Assembly: GCA_963724215.1 (NCBI GenBank)
Contig: CAVRTZ010000026.1
Span: 75,960 to 139,959, forward strand
Length of the DNA stretch: 64,000 nucleotides
Direction of reading: 5' to 3'
Origin: an uncultured Ignavibacteria bacterium
GTDB taxonomy: Bacteria; Bacteroidota; Ignavibacteria; UBA10030; SZUA-254
Shown here: piece by piece, positions 23,612 to 33,446 of the stretch
Position numbering within the stretch: the first letter of the stretch is position 1
Layout: every line of letters begins with the position of its first letter
Position numbers and translations under genes: made by a program
Notes under the pieces: generated by a model
What the model saw: the letters and a program-made list of their open reading frames with translations, nothing else
Told to the model about the DNA's origin: nothing
Database searches by the model: none

Positions 23612-24439
23612 ATGACGCTCGTCGTCGCGGTCTACAACGCCGTGCGCCCGCTCGGGCTGATCTTCGACGCGCTCGACCGGCAGACGTGCGTCGATTTCGA
23701 GGTCGTCGTGGCCGACGACGGGTCGGGCCCGGCGATCGCCGAACTCGTCGAACTCCGGAACGCGGCCTCGCGGTACAGCGGTCTCCCACGTCTGGCATGC
23801 CGACCTCGGCTTCCGGAAGAACGCCATCCTCAACCGGGCCATCGCGGCCGCCCGATCGGGCTACCTCGTCTTCATCGACGGGGATTGTCTCCCCCACCGC
23901 AGGTTCCTGGAGGACCATGCGCGCCACGCCGAACCGGGGGCGGTCCTCTGCGGGAGGAGGGTGAACCTCGGGGCGGCGATCTCCGGCGCGGATCACGCCG
24001 GAGCGTTCGCGACGGCAGCTTCGAGAAGATCTCGCTCGCGCTGCTGGTCGGACGGCCTGAGGGGCAGGAGCGCCTGGATCGAGGACGCCGTCAGCGACGG
24101 AGAACCCGCTGCTGCGGAGGCTGCTCCATCCCGGCAAGCCGGCGATCCTCGGCTGCAATTTCTCGGTCCACCGCGAGTGGATGGAGCGCATCAACGGATT
24201 CAACGAAGAATACCGCGGCCCCGGCCTCGGGGAGGACTCCGACGTGGCCTTCCGGCTGGGACTCGCCGGCGCGACGCTGAAGTCCCTCCGGAACCTCGCG
24301 CATCCTGTTCCATCTCCACCATCCGAAGACGGAGGTCGGGGAGGAAAACCGGCGGATCTACGAGCGCGTGGTGGCCTCCCGTGAAATGGTCTGCAGGAAC
24401 GGTCTCGTCACACTCTCCCCGGGCGTCCATGCGGTCTGA
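23612..24439 (+). pseudogene. family-2 glycosyltransferase, six frame disruptions
   Basis: [40 protein letters not shown]... / [21 protein letters not shown]...[13 protein letters not shown] / ...[13 protein letters not shown] / [14 protein letters not shown] / [52 protein letters not shown] / [11 protein letters not shown]...*. Lone extra nt placed near 23780, 23988, 24004, 24050, 24099 and 24301. Confidence 0.65.
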
Positions 24440-26288
24440 ACTCGTCGAATCGTTCTCGATCTTCCGGCGCATCCTCGGGCTGACGCGGCCCTACTGGAAG
24501 CACATCTCGGCGTCGGTGGTCCTCACGGTGTTCTATTCGCTGCTGAGCGGCGCGTCGATCTACCTCTTCATCCCCCTGCTCGACATCCTCTTCCACCCGG
24601 AGAAGATGAGCTGCGGCCGCCTCCGGCGACGCCGGCGGCGTCGCCCTCGGACTCGGGGCGTGGTTCTCCGGCCTCAAGGAGGAGGTCATCGGGGCGATCC
24701 TCGCCGGGTCACAGACCGACGCGCTCCTTCGGATATCGGTCATCATCATCGTGACCTTCCTCCTGAAGAACATTTTCGGGTACCTGCAGTTCTTCCTGAT
24801 GAACTACTCCGAGGAGTCGATCATCCGGGACCTCCGGAACGCCATCTACCGGCACATCCACTCGCTCCCCCTGGGGTTCTTCTCGAACGAACGGACGGGG
24901 GACCTGATCTCGCGGGTGGTGAGCGACGTCTCCGTCCTCAACGGCGGCATCAGCGCGTTCTTCGTCACCATGATGCGCCAGCCGCTTTTGATCGCGGTCT
25001 ACCTCGGGCTGGCCTTCTCCCTCAGCTGGAAGCTCACGCTGATCTCCCTCGTGGTGTTTCCCTTCACCCTGGCGGTGATCGCCTGGATCGCCCTCACGCT
25101 CCACCGGGAGCGGGGCATCATCCAGGAGAGGATGGCGGACATCACCGCGGTCCTCCAGGAGACGATCTCGGGCGTCAAGGTGGTGAAGGCGTTCGGGATG
25201 GAGGAATTCGAGACCAGGAAGTTCACCGACCACACCCGGCAGTACCTCCGATCGGTCCTCAGGATCAACCGGATCAAGGACATCTCCTCGCCCGCGACGG
25301 AGTTTCTGAGCGTCATCGCGGGCTCCGTGATCGTCTGGTACGGGGGCATCCTGGTCCTTCAGGAGGGTTCCATGAGCGCGAGCGAGTTCCTGGGGTTCCT
25401 CTTCATCATCTTCCAGATCATGCCACCGATCAAGGAGCTCACGAACGTCGCGAACCGGATCCAGGAGGCGAGCGCCGCGGCGAAGCGGGTGTTCGAAATC
25501 ATCGACGTGAAGCCGAGCATCACCACGCGCGAGGGCGCGCCCAGGCTCGAGGGTTTTTCACGGTCCCTGGAATTCAGGGACGTCGCTTTCTCGTACGAGG
25601 GCGGGCAACCGGTCCTGGCGGACATTTCGCTGACGATCGGCAAGGGCGAGGTCGTCGCCCTGGTCGGCCCGAGCGGGGCCGGCAAGACCACGATCGTCGA
25701 CCTCATCCCCCGGTTCTACGATCCCACGGCCGGGTCGATCCTGATCGACGGGCACGACCTGAGGGACCTCGACCTGAAGAGCCTCCGGGAGAAGGTCGGC
25801 ATCGTCACGCAGGAAACGATCCTGTTCAACGACACCATCCGCAACAACATCGCGTACGGGCTGGCCGAGTGTTCCATGGACCAGGTCGAGGCGGCGGCCC
25901 GCGCGGCGAACGCCCACGGGTTCATCACGCATACGAGGGAGGGCTACGAAACGGTCATCGGCGAGCGGGGAGTGAAGCTCTCGGGGGAGAGCGGCAGCGG
26001 CTCGCGCTGGCGAGGGCGATCCTCAAGAACCCCCCGATCCTGATCCTGGACGAGGCGACCTCCGCCCTCGACACCGAGTCCGAGATCCTGGTCCAGGAGG
26101 CGATCGACAGGCTGATGACCGGGAGGACCTCGGTCGTCATCGCGCATCGCCTCTCGACCATCCAGCGCGCGTCGAAGATCTACGTCCTGGACCGGGGGCG
26201 GATCGTCGGGGCGGGGAAGCACCCGGAGCTCATCGCCGACCGGGACGGACTCTATAAAAAACTCTATGACCTCCAGTTCCGCGCCTGA
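24429..26288 (+). pseudogene. ABC transporter, fused permease/ATPase (MsbA/lipid-A-exporter-like), two frame disruptions
   Basis: ATG 24429 overlaps the upstream stop. Six-TM domain then Walker [10 protein letters not shown], signature LSGGERQR (interrupted), Walker [13 protein letters not shown]. +1 near 24609; -1 in the G-run 25983-87. Confidence 0.85.
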
Positions 26289-27497
26289 GTCCGCCCTGCC
26301 CGGCGCCAGGGCGGGGACGGCGGTCTGCCTGCTGGCCGCCGTTTCGGTCATCTCGGTGACCTTCTCGGTGGCGGTCTCCTCGATCACCATGGGGGCGGCG
26401 TTCGTCGTGCTGGCCGCGATCATCGCCCGGAAGGGCCTCTCCTGCGTGCCGGGGACCGGGCTGGAAGCCGCTTTCGTCCTCTACATCGCCGCCGAAATCC
26501 TGTCGTCGGCATTCTCGGTCGATCCCGCCGACTCCTTCACCAACATGAAGCGGGTGCTCCTGATCGGGGTGGTCTACCTGTCGGCCTTCTCCTTCAGGAG
26601 CGAAAAGCGGATCGCGGCGGTCCTCGGCCTGCTCGCCGCTCTCGGCGCCGCGACGGTGATCGCCGAAATCGCATCACTTCGGGTCATCGACGGCGGAATC
26701 GAACGGCCCGCGATGTTCCAGATGCCGATGACCGAGGGGGGAATCAGGATGCTGATCATCCTCGTCCTCATTCCGTTCACGCTGTCGACGTCGCTGACGC
26801 TCCGCTGGAGGCTCGGCCTGGGGGCGGCGCTGGTCACGCTCATCGCGGGGCTGGTGGTTTCGCAGACCCGGAGCGCGTGGGTGGCCTTCCTCGCCGGCTC
26901 CCTCGTCATCGGAGTGCTCCGGGACCGGAGGGTCCTTGCCGGCCTGGCGCTGCTCGCCGTGCTCTTCGCGATCTTCGCCCCGGCCGATTTCCGGGACCGG
27001 GCGCTGAGCGTCGTCGATCTGCGCGATCGGGGGGCTTCGTCGCGGACTCGATCACCACGACGGCGGAGTCGAACGTCTCGCGTTTCCAGATGATCACGAC
27101 CGGCTGGCGGATGTTCCTCGACCGGCCCGTCTTCGGCTGGGGGGACATCGGGTTGCGCAACTATTACGTCACGTACGTCACCCCGCTGACGATGGGGGAG
27201 GGGGGACACCTCCACAACAACCTCATGGAAGCGCTGGTGACGCTCGGTGGCCCCGGCTTCTGCGCCGTGCTCTATCTTTTCGCCATGATGTTCGTCGTCA
27301 TCCGCCGCGCCGGGCGGGGCGCGGCGAAGGGATCCTTCCGCGAGGCCCTCTCGACGGGCATCCTGGCGGCCTACGCCGGATTCCACGTGCTGGGACTCTT
27401 CGAGTATAATTTCGGCGACCACGAGGTCATGGTGCTGGTCTGGTTCCTGACCGGGCTGGCCGTGGCCGCGCCCGCGGCCGAAGGGGCCGGGGCATGA
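26266..27497 (+). pseudogene. O-antigen ligase/polymerase-like (Wzy_C-type) polytopic membrane protein, one frame disruption
   Basis: About 10 hydrophobic spans, ...LVVSQTRSAWVAFLAG... and ...RFQMITTGWRMFLDRPVFGWGDIG...HLHNNLMEAL motif region. -1 in the G-run 27029-34 joins ORFs 26266-27093 and 26877-27497. Confidence 0.6.
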
Positions 27498-28272
27498 CGA
27501 CGCGCCCCGGGACCGTCACCGCCATCGTGATCACGCTGAACGAGGAGCGGAACATCGGCGACTGCCTGGACGCGCTTCGCTGGGCGGACGAGGTCATCGT
27601 CGTCGACGCCCTCGAGCACCGACCGCACAGTCGGAGATCGCCCGGGAGCGGGGCGCCACGGTCCTGAGCGAGGCGTGGGGCGGGTACGGCAGCGCGCGGA
27701 ACCGCGGCGCCGACGCGGCGTCCGGGGAGTGGATCCTCGCCGTCGACGCCGACGAGCGGGTGACGGAGCCACTCGCCGCCGAGATCAGGTCGCTGGCCTC
27801 CGGGGGAGGGCCGGACAGGCGCGCACGGGTCTACGAACTCGCGCGCCGCGCCTACTTCCTGGGACGCTGGATCCGTCACTGCGGCTGGTACCCGGGATAC
27901 ATTCCCCGGCTCTTCCGGAACGGGGACGCCCGGTACGACCAGGCCCGGGTCCACGAACGGCTCGTGTTCGAGGGGACGGCGGGGAGGCTCCGGAACGACC
28001 TCGACCACTACACCGACGACAACCTGTTTCACTACATCCACAAGTTCGACCGGTACACGACGCTCGCGGCCGACGACCTCGCGGAACGCGGCCGCCCCTT
28101 TTCGATCCTCGACCTCGTCGTGAAACCCCCGTTCCAGTTTCTGAAGATGTACGTCCTGAGGCTCGGTTTCCTGGACGGGCTCCACGGGCTGACGCTCTCG
28201 CTCCTCTCCTCGGCGTATGTCTTCGTGAAATACGCGAAGCTCTGGGAGAAAAGCGTCTCAGGGCCCCGTTGA
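27494..28272 (+). pseudogene. family-2 glycosyltransferase (WaaE/KdtX-like; paralog of 22742-23576), two frame disruptions
   Basis: ATGA overlap with the upstream gene. MTTRPGTVTAIVITLNEERNIGDCLDALRWADEVIVVDA / SSTDRTV / EIARERGATVL...ILAVDADERVTEPLAAEI...LGRWIRHCGWYPGY...KYAKLWEK. Extra nt near 27609-11 and 27633. Confidence 0.75.
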
Positions 28273-28319
28273 TTTTCACCACCCTTTTCGATACACTGAC
28301 ACCAGAGAGGCATCGCCCC

Positions 28320-28619
28320 ATGACCGACCACGAGAAAGACGAACTCCTCCTGACGCAGATCGCCCTGATGTTCCAGACGGCCGCCCTCCAGCAGATGGGC
28401 AAGCTCAAGAACCCGATGACGGACACCGTGGAAAGGGACCTCGGACAGGCCCGGATATCGATCGACATCCTCGACGTCCTCCACCGGCGGATGAGGGGAA
28501 ACCTCACGGAGACCGAAGACAGGATGTTCACCAATGTCCTGCGCGAACTCCGGCTGAACTACGTCGACGAGGCGGCGAAACCGCCGGTTGAGCCGCCAAA
28601 TCCCGGGCCGGCGGCGTGA
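28320..28619 (+). CDS. DUF1844-like small protein
   Basis: ATG 28320 in the frame of ORF 27675-28619. MTDHEKDELLLTQIALMFQTAALQQMGKLKNPMTDTVERDLGQARISIDILDVLHRRMRGNLTETEDRMF... matches my memory of the DUF1844 pattern. Family assignment unverified. Confidence 0.55.
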   Translation: MTDHEKDELLLTQIALMFQTAALQQMGKLKNPMTDTVERDLGQARISIDILDVLHRRMRGNLTETEDRMFTNVLRELRLNYVDEAAKPPVEPPNPGPAA

Positions 28620-28632
28620 CGGGGAGACCCTG

Positions 28633-29527
28633 ATGACATACGGAATCATCGCCAACACCTCCAAGAAGGAAAGCCTGAGCGTCCTCGCGACGCTCGTCGC
28701 CGCGCTCAGGGCGAAGGGTGCACGGTACGTCGTCCACGAGGACATCGGCGCGGCCGCCGCGTTGACGCCCGGAGGGGTGCCCGGCGTCGGGCCGGGAGTC
28801 CCGATGGCCGCGCTCCTCGACGCTTCGTCGATGGTGATCGTACTCGGCGGCGACGGAACGATGCTCTCCGCCGCCAGGGCGATCGGCCCCCGGCAGCTTC
28901 CCCTCCTCGGGATCAACCTGGGAAAACTCGGTTTCCTCGCCGAGGTTTCCGTGTCGGACCTCGAGGCATGCCTTGACGACATCGGCGCCGGGCGCTACGA
29001 CGTGGAGGAGCGGATCGCCCTGGAGGCGTATGTCGGCGGGGACCCCGCGCCCCTGACCGCCCTGAACGAAATCGCCATCGACCGGGGCGCGTCGGCCCGC
29101 GTCATCGACTTCGAGACGCTCGTGAACGGGGAGTACCTCGTCACGTACTCCGCCGACGGGATCATCGTCACCACGCCGACCGGCTCGACCGGCTACTCGC
29201 TCGCCACCGGCGGTCCGATCGTCACGCCCCGCAGCGACGTCCTCACGATCATCGCGATCTCGCCCCACACGCTCACCGCGCGGCCCGTGATCATCCCGTC
29301 GGCGAGCGTGGTGACGCGTGAACGTGAGCCAGGGCCCGCCCGCCGTCCACATCACCGCGGACGGGCAGGTCGAAAAATTCTGCCCCACGCCCGTGGAATG
29401 CACGATCAGGCGCGCCCCGTTCAACGTCCGGCTCGTCCGCTGGAGGAAGGGGTCGTTCTTCGACCTCCTCCGCACGAAATTGATGTGGGGCCGGGACCTG
29501 CGATCGGGCCGGGAAGGCCGTCGTTGA
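28633..29527 (+). pseudogene. nadK: NAD+ kinase, one frame disruption
   Basis: ...VIVLGGDGTMLSAAR...GINLGKLGFL...YSADGIIVTTPTGSTGYSLATGGPIV... then VNVSQGPPAVHITADGQ... in the +1 frame (ORF 29318-29527). Extra nt near 29317. Confidence 0.85.
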
Positions 29528-30894
29528 AACAATCCCCGTCCCGGGCCTCCCGGAGCGTCTTCGTGTGCCAGGCCTGCGCCTATGAATCACCGAGGTGGGT
29601 GGGCCGCTGCCCGAACTGCGAAGGATGGAACACGCTCGTGGAGGAGATCAAGAATCCGCCGTCCGGGTCGCGCGCGTCCTCCGGCGCCGCCGCCTCCCGC
29701 CCGGTCCCGCTCTCCGAGGTCGATTCGGTCGAACGGACCAGGATCCCGACGGGACTCGGCGAATTCGACAGGGTCCTCGGCGGGGGCATCGTCCCCGGTT
29801 CGGTGACCCTGCTGGGCGGCGATCCCGGGATCGGCAAGTCGACGCTGATGATGCAGCTCGCCGCGTCCATCGCGCCGCTGCCGATCCTGTACGTCTCCGG
29901 CGAGGAATCCCCGCGGCAGATCAAGCTCAGGGCCGAACGGCTCGGTTACGGCGGGGGCTCGAACCTTTTGATTTTCACGGAGACGAACGCCGACGCGGTC
30001 GCCGACGTCGTCGCGAAATCCCCGCCCGGCATGGTCGTCATCGACTCGATCCAGACGATGTACCGGCCGCTCCTCGACGGATCGCCCGGGAGCGTCGCCC
30101 AGGTGCGCGAATCGGCGGCCCTGCTCACCCGGGTGGCCAAGGAGCGCGACGTGCCGCTGTTCCTGATCGGCCACGTCACGAAGGACGGATTCATCGCCGG
30201 CCCGAAGGTCATCGAGCACATGGTCGATACCGTCATCCAGTTCGAGGGGGACCGGCATTTCGCCTACAGGATCCTCCGCGCGTCCAAGAACCGTTTCGGG
30301 TCGACCAACGAGATCGGGGTCTTCGAGATGCGCAGCGAGGGACTCCGGGAGGTCCTCAATCCGTCGGAAGTCTTCCTGTCGGAACGCTCGGTGGGGGCGT
30401 CCGGCTCGACCGTCGTCGCCGCGCTCGAGGGGACCCGGCCAATCCTGGTCGAGGTGCAGGCCCTCGTGTCGTCCACCAACTTCAACGTCCCGCAGCGAAA
30501 CACCACCGGGTTCGACTACCGCCGCCTCGGTCACCTGCTCGCCGTGCTCGAGAAGCGGCTCGGCATGAACATGGGAGGGCATGACGTGTTCGTGAACATC
30601 GCCGGGGGCGTGCGCATCGACGAACCGGGGCTCGACCTCGGGATCGCGGCCTCGATCATCTCCAGCATGAAGGACGTCGCCATCGCATCGCAGACCGTGG
30701 TCGTCGGGGAGATCGGCCTCGGCGGGGAAGTGCGGAGCGTGGGACAGATCGAGAAGAGGATACAGGAGGCGGAGAAGCTTGGGTTCGAGCATTTCCTCCT
30801 GCCGCAGAACAACCTCCGGACGGCCCCGAAAGGCCGGATCGCGCTCCACGGAGTCGACAGGGTGGAGGACGTCATGGCGTTCCTGATGCGATAG
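29524..30894 (+). CDS. radA: DNA repair protein RadA
   Basis: TTG 29524 (TTGA overlap with the nadK stop; start uncertain). Zn-ribbon FVCQACAYESPRWVGRCPNCEGWNT, Walker A GGDPGIGKST, KNRFG motif, Lon-like C-terminal domain. Confidence 0.9.
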   Translation: MKQSPSRASRSVFVCQACAYESPRWVGRCPNCEGWNTLVEEIKNPPSGSRASSGAAASRPVPLSEVDSVERTRIPTGLGEFDRVLGGGIVPGSVTLLGGDPGIGKSTLMMQLAASIAPLPILYVSGEESPRQIKLRAERLGYGGGSNLLIFTETNADAVADVVAKSPPGMVVIDSIQTMYRPLLDGSPGSVAQVRESAALLTRVAKERDVPLFLIGHVTKDGFIAGPKVIEHMVDTVIQFEGDRHFAYRILRASKNRFGSTNEIGVFEMRSEGLREVLNPSEVFLSERSVGASGSTVVAALEGTRPILVEVQALVSSTNFNVPQRNTTGFDYRRLGHLLAVLEKRLGMNMGGHDVFVNIAGGVRIDEPGLDLGIAASIISSMKDVAIASQTVVVGEIGLGGEVRSVGQIEKRIQEAEKLGFEHFLLPQNNLRTAPKGRIALHGVDRVEDVMAFLMR

Positions 30895-30906
30895 GCCGGA
30901 ACGCCG

Positions 30907-31593
30907 ATGCAACCGCCCGCCGTCATTCTTCTCGCCACGCGCAACCCGGGGAAACTCCGGGAGATCCGCGCCATTCTCTCGGGCCTTCCGTTCCGGATCG
31001 AGGGACTCGACGGCGTCCGCGCTCTGCCGGTGACCGCCGCCGGCCCGATGATCCACGGGAGCCGCGTGATTCCTGGGATTCCGGAAATCCCCGAGATCCC
31101 GGAGATCGAAGAGACCGGGGAGACGCTCGAAGAGAACGCCCTCCTCAAGGCCCGCACCGTCTCCCGCCTGACCGGCCTTCCGGCGATCTCGGACGACTCG
31201 GGACTGGAAGTGGATTTCCTCGGCGGCGCGCCGGGCGTGCGCTCCGCGAGGTTCGCCGGCGAGAACGCGACCTATGACGACAACAACCGGAAGCTCCTCG
31301 CGTTGCTCGCCATGGCCTCCGGCCCCCGGCGCCGCGCCCGGTTCCGGTGCGTGGCCGCTTTTGCCGGCGCCGGCGTGGAGCACATCACCGAAGGCCGGTG
31401 CGACGGCGTGATCGCCACGGGGCTCCGGGGCGGGAACGGTTTCGGGTATGACCCCCTCTTCATCCCCGACGGCCGGGACCTCACATTCGGCGAGTATCCG
31501 CCGGACGTAAAAAATTCCATCAGCCACCGGTCAAGGGCGTTTCGCGCGATGGGGGACTACCTCACTGCGCTCTACGCCGGCCCCGCAACCTGA
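30907..31593 (+). CDS. rdgB: non-canonical purine NTP pyrophosphatase (RdgB/HAM1 family) with internal insertion
   Basis: ...ILLATRNPGKLREIRAIL...EETGETLEENALLKA...DDSGLEVDFLGGAPGVRSAR...GFGYDPLFIP...ISHRSRAF. Confidence 0.85.
   Translation: MQPPAVILLATRNPGKLREIRAILSGLPFRIEGLDGVRALPVTAAGPMIHGSRVIPGIPEIPEIPEIEETGETLEENALLKARTVSRLTGLPAISDDSGLEVDFLGGAPGVRSARFAGENATYDDNNRKLLALLAMASGPRRRARFRCVAAFAGAGVEHITEGRCDGVIATGLRGGNGFGYDPLFIPDGRDLTFGEYPPDVKNSISHRSRAFRAMGDYLTALYAGPAT
31069..31113 (+). repeat. in-frame imperfect 9-nt tandem repeat (IPG-IPE-IPE-IPE-IEE) inside rdgB
   Basis: att cct ggg / att ccg gaa / atc ccc gag / atc ccg gag / atc gaa gag. Confidence 0.6.
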
Positions 31594-31656
31594 CCTCCCA
31601 GGGGTTCGCAATAATTTATTTACGCGTAAGAAACTATTGATATTCGAGGGAGTGAT

Positions 31657-32529
31657 GTGTATCTTAGTCCCAAAATCAATCCCCGTTGTCCGGAAATGAA
31701 TACCGGAGGTGTCGAACGCGGCCTGTGGGAATTCAGGACGGCCGGAAACATCTGGAAGATCGTGCCCGCCGAGGGACGCCTGATCGTCGGCGAAGAGAGG
31801 GACCTCGCGGAGAAAACCGTTTCCTATTTCTGCGTCTCGCTCGACGACGGCCGTGTCCTCTGGAAGGGGAAACGACCGCCCGAACCGTGGTGGACCGGCA
31901 TCGAGACCGTCCATCGCGGGATACTCTTCATTCACGAATACCCTGTTCCGAGCATGCCCGACCATAGGAAAATCCTGGCGATCGACACCCGGACCGGTGA
32001 TTCGCTCTGGGAGAACGCCGAGCTCGCGTTCGGTTTCGCCGGGGACGCATCGGTGTACGCGTCGAAGGAGTTGTTCGACAGGAAGGCGTTCTACGAACTG
32101 GACCTGCTGACCGGCGCGGTGATCCGGGAGATTCCGCCGCACGACCTCCAAACGCTCCGGGCCGGGACGGGGACGGGGTGGGGGGCCGACGTCCAGTTTC
32201 CCGAATGGACCCCCGAGCCGCCCGGCGCCGTCCGCGCGGCGTTTCCGCCCGCGGTGGCGCTCGAGCCGGGCGAGGCGCTCAGCTACGCGCTCAGCGACGT
32301 CTCCACCTGGTACGAGGTGCTGCCGGCGACGGATGGCGGCCGGAAACTCCGGGAACACCTGTTCATCCTCGACCGCCGGTCGGGCTCCCTCCGGTTCCAC
32401 GACGTCGTCTGCGACGGGCTCCTCCTCCCGGCCGGGTCCACGTTTTTCCGCATGGAGGAGAGGCTCCTCTACGTGAAGGACAGGACGACGCTTCGATCAT
32501 TGACGCTCCCGAACGGGGGCGCGGCATGA
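31657..32529 (+). CDS. hypothetical protein (possibly DUF4905-like; start may be the ATG near 31696)
   Basis: 290-aa ORF with coding-like composition; ATGA overlap with the downstream PhzF gene. Trp-rich ...WKIVPAEGRLIV...LWKGKRPPEPWWTGIETV... Family assignment from memory only. Confidence 0.5.
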   Translation: MYLSPKINPRCPEMNTGGVERGLWEFRTAGNIWKIVPAEGRLIVGEERDLAEKTVSYFCVSLDDGRVLWKGKRPPEPWWTGIETVHRGILFIHEYPVPSMPDHRKILAIDTRTGDSLWENAELAFGFAGDASVYASKELFDRKAFYELDLLTGAVIREIPPHDLQTLRAGTGTGWGADVQFPEWTPEPPGAVRAAFPPAVALEPGEALSYALSDVSTWYEVLPATDGGRKLREHLFILDRRSGSLRFHDVVCDGLLLPAGSTFFRMEERLLYVKDRTTLRSLTLPNGGAA

Positions 32530-33431
32530 ATTCCATAACGGTCAGGCAGGTGGACGCGTTTACGTCGGTCCCGCACACGGGGAATCCGGCCGGGGTCGTC
32601 CTCGACGCCACGGGCCTGAGCCAGCCCGAGATGCAATCGATCGCCCGGGAAATGAACCTCTCGGAAACGGCGTTCGTCCTCCCGGCGACCAAAAACGGGG
32701 CCGACGTGAGGATCCGCTGGTTCACCCCGACCGTCGAGGTGCCGCTCTGCGGCCATGCCACGATCGCGACCTTCCACGCGCTCTCGGAGGAGAAGCGCCT
32801 CGGGATGTCGGCGACCGGGAAATATGCCTTCAATCTGGAAACGGCCGACGGCATACTCCCGGTGGAGGTGGACCGTCGGGAAAAGACCAACTTCATCTTC
32901 CTCGGTCTCAGGGTCCCCGAGTTCGAAAAGGTCCCCTACCTGAAGGTGGACCTCGTCAGGTTGCTCGGCATCCCCGCCGTGGAGTTCGACAACCGTATCC
33001 CGATCCTCAAGGATTCCTATCTTTACGTTTTCATCCGCCGGCTCCATACCCTCTTCACGATGAAGCCGAATTTCCTGAACATCTCGGCGTTCCTCTCCTC
33101 GCGGAACGTTTCCGGGCTCTGCCTCTATACGCTCGAAACGATCGACCGCGAGTCGAAGGTCCATTCGAGGTTCTTTGCGCCGAACTGCGGCATCAACGAA
33201 GACCCGGTGACCGGCTCCTCGCACGGGCCGCTCGGCGTGATCCTCCACGACCACGGTCTCCTCACCGGCGTCGAAGGCGTCTGCTCCTTCCAGGGGGAGC
33301 AGGGCGACGCGATCGCCAGGAGGGGGAGGGTCCGCGTCGAGGTGACCGGGGAGAACGGCAAAGCGGTCTCGGTGCGGATCGGCGGACAGGCGGTCACCGT
33401 GCTCCGCGGCGACATGGTCGTTCACGAATAA
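32526..33431 (+). CDS. PhzF-family isomerase
   Basis: MNSITVRQVDAFTSVPHTGNPAGVVLDA...MNLSETAFVLP...RWFTPTVEVPLCGHATIA...DPVTGSSHGPL. Confidence 0.8.
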   Translation: MNSITVRQVDAFTSVPHTGNPAGVVLDATGLSQPEMQSIAREMNLSETAFVLPATKNGADVRIRWFTPTVEVPLCGHATIATFHALSEEKRLGMSATGKYAFNLETADGILPVEVDRREKTNFIFLGLRVPEFEKVPYLKVDLVRLLGIPAVEFDNRIPILKDSYLYVFIRRLHTLFTMKPNFLNISAFLSSRNVSGLCLYTLETIDRESKVHSRFFAPNCGINEDPVTGSSHGPLGVILHDHGLLTGVEGVCSFQGEQGDAIARRGRVRVEVTGENGKAVSVRIGGQAVTVLRGDMVVHE

Positions 33432-33446
33432 CCACCACACGGGATT

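Noticed and set aside
22777-27556. Identical 25-nt segments (22777-22801 and 27532-27556) as terminal repeats of a mobile or cassette element.
   Set aside because: Both lie in frame at the same conserved position (TLNEERNI) of two paralogous GT2 genes. There is no flanking inverted repeat, target duplication, or transposase or integrase gene.
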